64,000 nt of DNA, taken from NCBI GenBank assembly GCA_965262715.1, contig OZ253553.1:160001-224000 (forward strand), read 5' to 3'. Under the pieces are notes generated by a model that saw only the letters and a list, made by a program, of their open reading frames with translations, searched no databases and was not told the DNA's origin. The DNA is from Bdellovibrionales bacterium. Its GTDB lineage: Bacteria > Bdellovibrionota > Bdellovibrionia > Bdellovibrionales > JAUICD01. This document shows, in pieces, positions 1 to 9,887 of this stretch. Position 1 is the stretch's first letter. Each line of letters begins with the position of its first letter. A program made the position numbers and the translations under genes.

Positions 1-284
1 TGTATAGTCCAACCATCGAAAAATGATTCTATATCTAACTCGCTTTCCTCTTCTTCTTCCTCTTCATCTGATTTTTTTAACTCATCTTGATCGTTTGGTA
101 CTTTATCTGCTTGCTTTAAAGTGTTTTTTGAAGGAACAAAGGAAGGATACTTTGGTTGTTGTTCTACAGGTTCGGGGTGGTCTATGTCTTTAGATAAATC
201 AAATGAGCCTTTATAAAAATAATAAAAGACTGTTAAACAAAAAATACTAGCAATTCCTATATAAATAATACTTTTTTTATCCAT
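1..284 (-). CDS. Membrane-anchored protein, tandem paralog of 475..1332 (runs off window start)
   Basis: Manual translation from ATG at 284: MDKKSIIYIGIASIFCLTVFYYFYKG...EEEESELDIESFFDGWTI, collinear with the N-terminus of 475..1332. Confidence 0.85.
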   Translation of the reverse strand, partial: MDKKSIIYIGIASIFCLTVFYYFYKGSFDLSKDIDHPEPVEQQPKYPSFVPSKNTLKQADKVPNDQDELKKSDEEEEEEESELDIESFFDGWTI

Positions 285-474
285 AGCTTATAATAACCTT
301 TACTTACCTAATTGAAGAACTAGATCAAAAGTACATCATAAATGTCAAAAGTGTTTATTTTGTTTTAATTGCAATTAATCTTCTTGTGCAAACCTTTATT
401 ATTATTCATTTGTATTTTATCTCTTGAACTGTCTAGCTAGATTATTGTTTGAATGAAAGAAAGTAATTGGACAC

Positions 475-1332
475 TTAATAAGTAAGTGTAGATCTCTTTA
501 CCAAACGTTCTCCAGACACACCTCCAACAACCACACGCATGACATCAGATTGATTTCCTTCTAGCTTTACGTCAAATACCCATGCGAGCTCTTGAACAGG
601 ATTTTCCACTCTCACAAAAAGTTGAGGGCTTCTATGCTTTTCAGTATTGATCTGTGTGATCTGTGTAGTGGGAGATAAAGCCTCTTTTTGTAAACACCTT
701 TCATTTTTTAAACATTCATCCCAAGCTTGCTCTCGATCGTAGTTTAAATTTGTATTAAAGTCTTCCATGTTTATTTCTTTAAGAGAATTAATTACACTAA
801 AAACACTTTGATTGTCTTGCAATACAGAAACTCGCAGTTTTCCCCCATACACTTCATAACTATCTATAATTTGCTGAAAGGAATAATGCTTCACAAAATT
901 TGTTCCTGTGACTGAAGAACCACCAACTTGATTTGCTCTTCCTCCAAAAAGGGGTGCCATCTCCTGTGCCAACAATAAAACACTTGCAGTCTGACTTTCT
1001 GCATCTGGTAATGGAAGATTTTTTTCTCTATCATCAGAACTTACAGACATGACATCACCTAGGCCATTTCTCTGTATAGTCCAACCATCGAAAAATGATT
1101 CTATATCTAACTCGCTTTCCTCTTCCTCATCTTCATCTTGATCTTTTGGTACTCTGCTTGCTTGCTCTAAAGCTCCTCTTGAAAGAGTAAAAGAAGGATA
1201 TTTTGATTCTTCTAAAAGATGGTTCTTAACATCTTCGCTAGGTAAATGAGACGGACTTCTATAAAAATAATAAAAGACCGTTAAACAAAAAATACTAGCA
1301 ATTCCTATATAAATAATACTTTTTCTATCCAT
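475..1332 (-). CDS. N-terminally anchored protein with FTP-like and PepSY-like propeptide segments, no catalytic domain
   Basis: TM helix at N-terminus; KHYSFQQIIDSYEVYGGKLRVSV resembles the thermolysin/fungalysin propeptide; LAWVFDV...VVVGGVSGERL resembles PepSY; no HEXXH. Confidence 0.6.
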   Translation of the reverse strand: MDRKSIIYIGIASIFCLTVFYYFYRSPSHLPSEDVKNHLLEESKYPSFTLSRGALEQASRVPKDQDEDEEEESELDIESFFDGWTIQRNGLGDVMSVSSDDREKNLPLPDAESQTASVLLLAQEMAPLFGGRANQVGGSSVTGTNFVKHYSFQQIIDSYEVYGGKLRVSVLQDNQSVFSVINSLKEINMEDFNTNLNYDREQAWDECLKNERCLQKEALSPTTQITQINTEKHRSPQLFVRVENPVQELAWVFDVKLEGNQSDVMRVVVGGVSGERLVKRSTLTY

Positions 1333-1907
1333 AACTTATAATAACCTTACATGACTTATGTAGGTTCATAAAAACCTCTCAAAGTCATGAATAATTTTTT
1401 CTTTTCACTTCACTAATATATTTTAATCTTATCTTTTTTCTGCATACATGCATTAACTTTAAATCATTAATTATTTCAAGAACATGACCTCCTTTTATTG
1501 AATAAACAAGCACTTAAGTTTTTAAAAAATAAGCTTGTAAACAGTATTTTAGCCTTATTTTCATAAACTTTAACACTACTTATATCATAACATAAAACAC
1601 TCATTTTTATGTAAAATAACTAAATAAAACCTTGAATCAACTTGAAGTACCGGACCTTTATCTAGCTACTGTAATAAAGTTAACCAACACCTACTTAAAC
1701 AAATAACAAACAAAAGATTTTATACCATACCATATAAATGGGGTACAAATCAAGTCAAAAATATCTTCAACAAAAAAAGTAAATGATGAAATTTTTAAGA
1801 ATTTCAAATGACTCAATGAAACAAGAACTCTTCAAATTACTTTGCAATAAGGGAAGTAAAAGTACATGATATTTCTTTAAATCACATACTATCAAATAGG
1901 AGATGAA

Positions 1908-3008
1908 TTGGAAGAAATATCTGCACAACTGCGCTCTCGTTCTTTTGCAAGTGATAACAACTCAGGAGTGATCCCTGAAGCTATAGCTGTTTTATTAGAA
2001 GTAAATAAAAATCATGTTGGAGCCTACGGTAACGATTCTGTCACTTTAAAAACAAAAGATTTATTTAAAGAAGTATTTGGCTCTTCTTGTGATCCTTATT
2101 TTGTGTTTAACGGAACTGCTGCTAATAACCTCTGTTTAACTCCTTTTGTAAAGCCTTTTGAAGCAGTGATCTGTTCAGAGCATGCGCACATTCATCAAAA
2201 TGAATGTGGAGCACCAGAACGTCTTTTAGGTATCAAGTTGCAACCATTGAAAACACAAGATGGTAAATTAGATGCTCAGCAAATCAAGACACATCTAAAA
2301 ACACAAAGGTATGGCGACATCCATTCTATCCAGCCGCGTATGGTGAGTATCACTCAACCTACAGAATTAGGTACTGTTTATTCCATAAAAGAAATGCAAG
2401 ATATTTCAGCCGTGGCAAAAGAACATGGCCTTTTCCTTCATATTGATGGCTCTCGCTTAGTCAATGCAGCAATGGCATTAAATAAATCTCTTAAAGAAAT
2501 CACTGTAGATGTGGGCGCAGATTGTATCTCTTTTGGTGGAACAAAAAATGGATTGATGCTTGCTGAGGCTGCGCTATTTTTTAACTCTTATCATCAAAAA
2601 GATATTCCTTTCTATCAAAAGCAACTCTTACAACTTCCTGGAAAAAGCCGTTTTGTTGCGGCGCAATTTTATGCATTACTTAAAAATAACTTATGGAAAA
2701 AATATGCCCGACATGCCAATCAGATGGCGCAAAAACTAGCTTTACAGCTTAAACCTCTAAAGCAGGTGAAAATCATACAACCTGTAGAAAGCAATGCTAT
2801 CTTTGCGCAAATCCCTAGAGCTTCTCTAAAGAAAGCGCGCGCGCGTTTCTTTTTCTATCTTTGGGAAGATAGTGACCGTATATCTCCAAACGATACTCAT
2901 GATACACCTTACTGTGTTGTAAGATGGATGAGCACATTTGATACCACTCAAGAAGACATTGATGCTTTTTGTTTAGATATTTCAAATTCTCTAAAAGAAA
3001 GCCTTTAA
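1908..3008 (+). CDS. ltaE: Low-specificity L-threonine aldolase
   Basis: FASDN, YGND, FNGTAAN, LHIDGSRL, SFGGTKNG PLP-lysine motif. Confidence 0.9.
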   Translation: MEEISAQLRSRSFASDNNSGVIPEAIAVLLEVNKNHVGAYGNDSVTLKTKDLFKEVFGSSCDPYFVFNGTAANNLCLTPFVKPFEAVICSEHAHIHQNECGAPERLLGIKLQPLKTQDGKLDAQQIKTHLKTQRYGDIHSIQPRMVSITQPTELGTVYSIKEMQDISAVAKEHGLFLHIDGSRLVNAAMALNKSLKEITVDVGADCISFGGTKNGLMLAEAALFFNSYHQKDIPFYQKQLLQLPGKSRFVAAQFYALLKNNLWKKYARHANQMAQKLALQLKPLKQVKIIQPVESNAIFAQIPRASLKKARARFFFYLWEDSDRISPNDTHDTPYCVVRWMSTFDTTQEDIDAFCLDISNSLKESL

Positions 3009-3713
3009 TCACTTTGACAGTGCTTGCATGTAATCCATTCGCACTTTAGAGTTCTCATTAAAATCACCTCTTAAATCATAAGTGTTTGTAACACTAAGCC
3101 TATCTTCAACACCTCTTGCGATCACACAATAATGTCTGGCACTTATTGAAACAGCTACATGAGGGGTGTCTAAAATATAACAGAGAGCATCTGTAATTTG
3201 CCGAGTTAGCCTTTCTTGAACCTGTGGCCTTTTAGAAAAAAAATGAGCTATACGATTGATCTTAGAAAGTCCAACAATTTGTTTACGAGGAATATAGGCA
3301 ATATCTGCACTGCCATGAATAGTCACAAAATGATGCTCACAAAAAGTAGTGATATTGACATTCTTCACCAAAATCATTTGATCATATTGAAGATTATTTT
3401 TCATAGTAGTGATTTTAGGAAAATGATTTAGATTAAGTCCTTGAAAGATTTCCCGAACATACATTTTTGCAACTCGTCGAGGCGATTTTTTCAATTCGCT
3501 ATCTTCAATATCTAAACCTAATATTTTCATTATACTTTCAAAATGCTTTGCAATTCTATTTTCTTTTTCTACATCAGATAAAGTGTTTGGCTTCGTATAA
3601 AAAGAATCTACATGAGACAAAATATCTTCTACTGAAAGTTGTCTTTGATCAGAAGATGTATTATTATAGGGGTTACAGTTATTGTCTGAATCCTGATTTT
3701 TAGATGAGTCCAC
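3009..3713 (-). CDS. folE: GTP cyclohydrolase I
   Basis: SPRRVAKMY, FCEHH, GLSKINRI, RPQVQERLT, HYCVIARGV. Confidence 0.95.
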   Translation of the reverse strand: MDSSKNQDSDNNCNPYNNTSSDQRQLSVEDILSHVDSFYTKPNTLSDVEKENRIAKHFESIMKILGLDIEDSELKKSPRRVAKMYVREIFQGLNLNHFPKITTMKNNLQYDQMILVKNVNITTFCEHHFVTIHGSADIAYIPRKQIVGLSKINRIAHFFSKRPQVQERLTRQITDALCYILDTPHVAVSISARHYCVIARGVEDRLSVTNTYDLRGDFNENSKVRMDYMQALSK

Positions 3714-3725
3714 GTAAGTCCTCCA

Positions 3726-4667
3726 TTGTCAATAATTGAAAAAAGGTTTTATAAAATGCAAGAGATTTCTAATTTAAGGTTACAAATTGCTGGTTATCAA
3801 GTCATTTCTTTACCTACAGGTCTTTTTGGGTTGGATGGTGGGGCCATGTTTGGCACAGTGCCAAAAGTTTTGTGGGAAAAATCTCATCCAGCAGATGAAT
3901 CCAATCGCATTCAACTAGAAGCTAGAGCATTACTGCTTCTTTCCGATGATAAAAAAATTATCATTGATACAGGTAATGGAGCTGACTTTGTTATCAAATA
4001 TGGGACAAAATTAGGTCAAAAATTTGCCGAGATGTACAATATTTCTACGACAGGAAAACCTCCTATCTTAGATACTCTTGATCAACACGGATTAAAGCCA
4101 GAAGATATTACAGACGTCATCCTCACACATCTTCACTTTGACCATGCAGGTGGTGGAACAACAGCACAAGATGGAACTCTTGTTCCTACTTTTCCAAAGG
4201 CTACATATTATGTTCAAAAAGACAATTTAGAAACAGCAAAAAAACCGAATCTCAGAGAAAGGGCTAGTTATTTTCCAGCAAACTTTGAACCCCTCTTAAA
4301 CGCTGGAGTATTAGAGATTTTAGAGGGTCCCTTAGACAACTTACTACCTGGAATATCTTTGAAACTCAGTTACGGTCATACTAGAGGACAACAAAATGTC
4401 TTTATCTCAGATAGTAACAATACTCTAGTTTATTGCGCAGATGTCATTCCTACGGCCTCTCATGTGAGACTGGCTTGGGTAATGGGATATGATTTAAACC
4501 CAGTTTTATTGATTGAAGAAAAGCGTAAAATTTTAAAAGAAGCTGGAGAAAAAAATTGGCTTCTATTTTTTGAACATGATCCTTACATTGATTGCGCTAA
4601 AGTTCAATATGACTCCCAGAGACAAAACTGGACCGTCTCTGAGAAATTCTGTTTGTTATTTCACTAA
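3726..4667 (+). CDS. MBL-fold metallo-hydrolase (YtnP-like); true start probably ATG at 3756
   Basis: LDGGAMFGTVPK, THLHFDHAGG, GHT, WVMGYD, FFEHDP. Confidence 0.9.
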   Translation: MSIIEKRFYKMQEISNLRLQIAGYQVISLPTGLFGLDGGAMFGTVPKVLWEKSHPADESNRIQLEARALLLLSDDKKIIIDTGNGADFVIKYGTKLGQKFAEMYNISTTGKPPILDTLDQHGLKPEDITDVILTHLHFDHAGGGTTAQDGTLVPTFPKATYYVQKDNLETAKKPNLRERASYFPANFEPLLNAGVLEILEGPLDNLLPGISLKLSYGHTRGQQNVFISDSNNTLVYCADVIPTASHVRLAWVMGYDLNPVLLIEEKRKILKEAGEKNWLLFFEHDPYIDCAKVQYDSQRQNWTVSEKFCLLFH

Positions 4668-4678
4668 AATGCATCCTC

Positions 4679-4820
4679 TGTTTCACTAAAATGCATCTAG
4701 CCTCTGGCTACTTTCTGGCGATAACCCTGATGACTTCATCAGAAAATGGTTATCGCCTAGAAAGCTTGATGCATTTTAGTAGGGAGACTCTCCTCATTTT
4801 TTAACATCATGTTAAGGAAA
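4679..4820 (-). repeat. Family A structured element, copy A1 (candidate ncRNA / non-autonomous mobile element)
   Basis: Nested stems ACTAAAATGCATC/GATGCATTTTAGT, CTTTCT/AGAAAG, GGCGATAACC/GGTTATCGCC, CTGATG/CATCAG, TAGCC-AGA-GGCTA; TTAACAT-G-ATGTTAA leader. Confidence 0.9.
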
Positions 4821-4886
4821 CTTTCCTTTTACTATCTTTTCTCTTTCTCTCTTACAAATCACCTAAATCTTTATAGCTAATAAGAA

Positions 4887-4978
4887 TTGATGTTTTAAGC
4901 TAAAGACAATATCTTCCGCAGAGTGATCGCTACACAAGCGATCACTCGAGGACTTCGAGGCTTAGGTTAAAACATCAA
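4887..4978. repeat. Family E palindromic element (single copy in window)
   Basis: Outer stem TTGATGTTTTAA/TTAAAACATCAA; inner perfect 11-bp hairpin GAGTGATCGCT-ACACA-AGCGATCACTC (4921-4947). Confidence 0.75.
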
Positions 4979-5007
4979 GTCATTGCTTCAAAGATTTTTT
5001 CCTTGTC

Positions 5008-5154
5008 TGTATCACTAAAAATGGTCTGGCCTCTGGCCACTTTCTGACAGTAAGCCTGACAGTCTGCACTGTCAGCAAGTAGCTTACTGTCTAGAAAGCT
5101 TGACTATTTTTAGGAAGAAGATACTCCTCATTCTTTAACATCATGTTAAGGAAA
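5008..5154 (-). repeat. Family A structured element, copy A2
   Basis: Near-identical reverse complement of 17103-17251; stems GACAGTAAGC/GCTTACTGTC and CTGACAGT/ACTGTCAG. Confidence 0.9.
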
Positions 5155-5185
5155 TCATTTCTAAAAAACAATCACGCTCTATAAG

Positions 5186-6079
5186 TTAGAGCATTTTTTG
5201 GATAGAAGCTGAAATTGCCAAAGAGCTTCTTTTGCCTATATAATAACGAGGTTCTATTTTAAAAACAAGAGATTGAATATGCAACCCTAACTGAAGAGAT
5301 ACAACACCTCCAAAATTGAGCTTTGATTGCGCAGCACCTCCTCCTATGCCCATAGGATTTTCTTTTTTAAGACTCCAACGATTTACAGTAGGTCCAAGAC
5401 CAATAAAGAGAAATCCATTTTTCCCCATGATCGCATCTAATAAAAATAAAACTTGAATATCTAAAAAAATAGTTAAGTTACTCTGATAACCTTGGGGAGG
5501 AGTGAGTGTAAAATGAGTTGTGATATCCCAAACTTGAGAACTAGAAAAAAATTGAGATGCAAAGTTAAATTTTAAACCATAGGTAAGAAATTGACCTGTA
5601 TTATCAACTATATAATTGCGGTTTAAAAAATAACTTGCAGTGATCCCTGCATAAGGAATTTTTGTAAGATGAGCATCAACAGATGTATTTTTTTTCTGCG
5701 CTGGTGCCGTCCTTACCTGATTGGCCACCTTATTATCACTGTCTTGATCCTCAGATGTAGAATTAGGAGATGTTACAAGTTTCACATCTACATCTGAAAT
5801 GTATCCAACACGTTTTTCAAATTTAACACGGTAAAAAGCTCCTATAGTCTTATTGGAAATTCTAACTATTTCCCCAGCTCGCAGATAACCAAGTACGGCA
5901 CTATCAAAATTAGCTGTTTTATAAACAATAGCCCCATCTGTAAATACAGAGGCATCTTGCGCAGCTTTACTTTCTATCACAAAAGTCAATAAAAACATAG
6001 CGATGAAAGCAGTAGATATTTTACGTGATAAAATATTTTTATTTATACCATTGCTATTGGTTTTATAGATATATGACAT
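5186..6079 (-). CDS. Secreted SH3-like domain protein with probable C-terminal outer-membrane beta-barrel
   Basis: Signal peptide; GAIVYKTANFDSAVLGYLRAGE...FYRVKF..VGYISDVDV is SH3b-like; alternating beta strands at C-terminus. Confidence 0.65.
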   Translation of the reverse strand: MSYIYKTNSNGINKNILSRKISTAFIAMFLLTFVIESKAAQDASVFTDGAIVYKTANFDSAVLGYLRAGEIVRISNKTIGAFYRVKFEKRVGYISDVDVKLVTSPNSTSEDQDSDNKVANQVRTAPAQKKNTSVDAHLTKIPYAGITASYFLNRNYIVDNTGQFLTYGLKFNFASQFFSSSQVWDITTHFTLTPPQGYQSNLTIFLDIQVLFLLDAIMGKNGFLFIGLGPTVNRWSLKKENPMGIGGGAAQSKLNFGGVVSLQLGLHIQSLVFKIEPRYYIGKRSSLAISASIQKML

Positions 6080-6343
6080 CTTGATCCTAGTTGTGCTATT
6101 TATCTTTTAAACAACTCACATTTTAATTATAAGTTGTAATTGAGGAAATGTGAAAGTTTTCAAAAAAAAGAGATTGTAAACAATTTTTATTCAAAACTTA
6201 ACTTTTGTCATAAAAGTTTATTCTTTTGTCTTAAAATGGGACACTTATTGTTATATAATATTAAAAAATTGAGCGTTTCTCTTGTATAAGAATAACTCAC
6301 AAAAATTTATTATATTAAACCTTAAAAGAAAGTTGATGTTGAA

Positions 6344-7687
6344 ATGGTATTATTTCGTATATTTATTGTCTCTTTTTTCATATTGTATTGTCCTCAAGCT
6401 TTCTCAAAGATTGAAATTACAGATGTAGTAGGAGCATCTAACTGGGAATATGAGGAATATGATGGAAATAGCTTGATTATATGGGCAGGTTTAGCAGGGC
6501 CTTCAACATGTAACAATGGAGTGTGTGACAACTGTAATGGCGGATTAGGAGACTGTAACAGAAATCGTATTGACGAGGATGGTTACTTAACTATACATTT
6601 CAGATCAGATGTGAGGCCAGGTATCCCTCTCATAACAGACGCTAACAACCGATCTACACCCCTTGGTGAAAGAAATATAACAATACCAGTAAATGCAAAT
6701 GATCCAGCTTCTTCTCGAGTAGCTTGGTCACGAATTTGCACGCAACCAAATGCTGACAATTGTACAGGCAATGCACAGCTCACTCTCCTTGTAGGAATAG
6801 ATGGCAGTAATAATGGGCAAGGTAATGTAAGCTTAGATAATGATGCTGAAGATGATTCATTATCGTTTACTGTATATATCAGAAAACGACTTCCTCAGGA
6901 AGGAATCAACACATTTTCACTTTTTCCAGGGGATGAAAAAGTTATTATGCTAACCCCAGCAGATGAAGGTGCGGGAGAGTTTGGACCAAAAAAAATTGAT
7001 GAACACCCTCCTATCATATTTCCAAATGGTTTTCCAACCTATGATGGCACACGCATCACATATATCCGTTTTTACTATGTAGAAGTTCCAAACGGTGAAG
7101 AGGGCTGCAGCATCGATGAACGTGGAATTGGAAACAATTCAGATTATGTTGAAACAGAAGTGATAGATCTACTTGAAGGGAGCAGCAAGGTTGAGTTAAG
7201 TAACCTCTATTTTACAAAAACTAATCAACGTAACACATTTAAAAATAATGTCACCTATGTCTTTAAAATTGCGCTTGTAGATGAAGCAGGTAATGTTGGA
7301 CGTTTCAATACAAGTTGTGATCCTGTGACTCATGTGATAACTCCTTCAGAGGTTCATGGACTCTTACCCGGCTGTTTTATTGCAACAGCTGCCTATGGAG
7401 AATCCCACAAAATTCTAGAAACCTTTTACCAATTTCGAGATCAAAAACTACTACCTTACACCTTGGGAAAACTCATTCACAACCTTTATTATATCTATTC
7501 TCCTCCTCTAGCAAATATCATTCAAGATAATGTACTTTTAAAATACATGGCTCGCATATCACTTATCCCTTTTTGGATATATGCTTTCCTAGCCCTTCAA
7601 ATAGGACATATCTTAACCTTCTTCCTATTGGCTAGCTTTACATCAATTCTTATATATTTCTTTATAAAAAAGAATGTAATAATATAA
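6344..7687 (+). CDS. Secreted Cys-rich surface protein with CFI-box-CTERM sorting domain
   Basis: Signal peptide; GCFIATAAYG...FYQFRDQKLL...LYYIYSPPLA followed by TM helix and basic tail. Confidence 0.8.
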   Translation: MVLFRIFIVSFFILYCPQAFSKIEITDVVGASNWEYEEYDGNSLIIWAGLAGPSTCNNGVCDNCNGGLGDCNRNRIDEDGYLTIHFRSDVRPGIPLITDANNRSTPLGERNITIPVNANDPASSRVAWSRICTQPNADNCTGNAQLTLLVGIDGSNNGQGNVSLDNDAEDDSLSFTVYIRKRLPQEGINTFSLFPGDEKVIMLTPADEGAGEFGPKKIDEHPPIIFPNGFPTYDGTRITYIRFYYVEVPNGEEGCSIDERGIGNNSDYVETEVIDLLEGSSKVELSNLYFTKTNQRNTFKNNVTYVFKIALVDEAGNVGRFNTSCDPVTHVITPSEVHGLLPGCFIATAAYGESHKILETFYQFRDQKLLPYTLGKLIHNLYYIYSPPLANIIQDNVLLKYMARISLIPFWIYAFLALQIGHILTFFLLASFTSILIYFFIKKNVII

Positions 7688-7806
7688 TAAAAAAAAGCCA
7701 AAGCTATATTTAAAGAAGTGAAGAAATCCACAGAAATGAAGAATATAAATAGGTAAAAGGCTAGTTTGTAATTTTCGATGCTCTTTAATCATCAAGAGGT
7801 AACAGC

Positions 7807-9438
7807 ATGAAATGGAGCGCTGCTTCGAATCGAAATAAGAAATTAAAAAGTCTTATTGTTTTTCTATTTATATTAGAAGCTTTCTTTATTTTTTCTTCAA
7901 ATCTATCCCTAGCTCAAACAGATAAGTCATCTCCTCTTAACTTGGAAGAAGATTTAGAAATCTTTAATGAAGGTACAGTCAACGAAAATACTAAAGCCAC
8001 TCAAAATAAAAGTAATGAAGATACAAAAGCATTTGAGTCTGATTCTATTGAGATTGCAGAGGAAGATGAACTTGCTGGAGTAGAAGATGAGGCTTTAAGT
8101 AAAGATGAGGAAGTAGAAAATAATAACCAGGTAGAGGATTTGATTGATAGTGAGATGAGTTCAGATATATTAACTGATAATGAGGTCCAAGAAGAAGCAA
8201 ATGAAGAAAGTACTGAAGATATCGAACAGATAGCAAGTGATAATGAAAGTGAAGAAGAAGTTGCTGCTGAAGCCAATGAAAATATAGAAGAATCTGCTGA
8301 AACGACTCAAGAAAACATAGTGAGTGATAGTGATGAAGATACCATTGCTGATGATACACAGGAAGATACAGAAGTCATTGAAAGTATAACAGATGATACT
8401 GATGAAGGTGAAGAGGAGATTGTTCAAACAGATGAAGAAGAAAACACTGAGACCTTCGAAGATATAACTGGTAATGATGATGAAAGTGAAGAAGAAACAG
8501 CCGAAGCTGATGAAATAGAAAGTATAGAACAAGATGAGTTTATTGACATAGAAGACGAAATATTAAGTGAGGATGAACAGCCAGAAAGCTCTCCACAAGC
8601 AGAATCTTTAATTGGTAGTGAAATCAATACAGAAAATGATAACGTTTTATCACAAACTCTTGTGCAAGCAGAGGAAGTAGGTCTCTCTGCCTCTTTTATC
8701 AAGTTACCTTTTGAAGAAACTAAAGAAGAACGGCTAGCAAGACTGCAACAAGATGAGTACTTCGATGAGTTAATACATATTAGTCAAACAGGTGTACATC
8801 AATACAAGGTCACTACATCACGCATTATTGGTTCTGTCGGTTTAAATATTGGATATTTTCCAGCTCCTTCCATAAATATAGAGAACCTCACTTATGAGGA
8901 TATATATGGCAATAATTCTAATATAGCATTTTTCTTAAATTATGAATGGAAGTTTCTTAAAAAGGTAGGATCTCTTTCGCTTGTCCCAGAAATTGGGCTT
9001 TCTTGGGCTAGAGGAACCGGTCGGTTCGCGTCAGGGAGTATTAATGAAGGTGAAACTCCTAAGGAAAAGTATTTTTTATTTGTTATACCTGTTGGAGCTG
9101 GATTGATGTACCGCCTGCAATACTGGAAAAATCAAATATTCACTCCTTTTGCAATAGGCGGTGCAAGTTATTTTGTACTCTTAGAAACTAGAGATGATTT
9201 CAAATTTAGTGATCCTAAAGAAAGTCTAGCAGTGGCTGCTACTCCAGCTCTTTATTTTGGAGGTGGTATTCAACTTTCACTCGATAGTTTTTCTCGTAGA
9301 GCAATTAACACATTAGACAGAGAATTTGGAATCAATCATATCTATTTTGTAGCAGAGGTTCGACAATATTTTGGCCTTTCAAACAATTTGAACTTCACTG
9401 GCCTTGTTTTCTCTGGAGGCATTCGTGTTGATTTCTAA
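7807..9438 (+). CDS. Outer-membrane beta-barrel protein with long acidic N-terminal region
   Basis: Signal peptide, ~250-aa Glu/Asp-rich tract, amphipathic strands ending in GIRVDF (terminal Phe). Confidence 0.7.
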   Translation: MKWSAASNRNKKLKSLIVFLFILEAFFIFSSNLSLAQTDKSSPLNLEEDLEIFNEGTVNENTKATQNKSNEDTKAFESDSIEIAEEDELAGVEDEALSKDEEVENNNQVEDLIDSEMSSDILTDNEVQEEANEESTEDIEQIASDNESEEEVAAEANENIEESAETTQENIVSDSDEDTIADDTQEDTEVIESITDDTDEGEEEIVQTDEEENTETFEDITGNDDESEEETAEADEIESIEQDEFIDIEDEILSEDEQPESSPQAESLIGSEINTENDNVLSQTLVQAEEVGLSASFIKLPFEETKEERLARLQQDEYFDELIHISQTGVHQYKVTTSRIIGSVGLNIGYFPAPSINIENLTYEDIYGNNSNIAFFLNYEWKFLKKVGSLSLVPEIGLSWARGTGRFASGSINEGETPKEKYFLFVIPVGAGLMYRLQYWKNQIFTPFAIGGASYFVLLETRDDFKFSDPKESLAVAATPALYFGGGIQLSLDSFSRRAINTLDREFGINHIYFVAEVRQYFGLSNNLNFTGLVFSGGIRVDF

Positions 9439-9470
9439 TCTGTCTGATATGTACAATCAAGACACTAGAC

Positions 9471-9752
9471 ATTCTTTCTTATTAGAGTATTCTTATCTAT
9501 CTAAGATATGGCAACCCGGCACTCTGGCAGTCCGGCATGACCATTCGAGTTCAATTTTTCTATTTGAAAGCACTTTATTTGAATGCCAAGTGAGTAGGAA
9601 GTGATAAAAGCTAATGATAAGAAGGGGCAGAGGCTCGCCTCACGAGTCTGGCCTTAGGGCAATGACTTTGGATTTAAGAAAGAAATTGAAGGTCCAGCTC
9701 AATCAGTTGCCGGGAACTGTTAACTGCTTGCCCGTCTGCCGTATTGCCGGAA
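9471..9752. repeat. Family B GC-rich palindromic repeat interrupted by a family C element (~9537-9705)
   Basis: B tail and arm are an inverted copy of 11336-11402; central CAGTTGCCGGGAACTG; the C segment matches 47813-47945 plus 48117-48150. Confidence 0.8.
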
Positions 9753-9887
9753 TACTCCTATGACAAACATTTTTATATTGAAAGCTCTTTCTTATTAACT
9801 CTCTAAATTACAGTAGATGACAAAAGACAAACTCTCACAAAGGTTTTCAATATATATTTGCCCATAGAGTAGAGAAGTGATAAAGTC

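Noticed and set aside
8001..8702. Several minus-strand ORFs
   Set aside because: Shadows of the low-complexity acidic region; the same applies to 35228..35518, 43368..43721 and 48671..49096.
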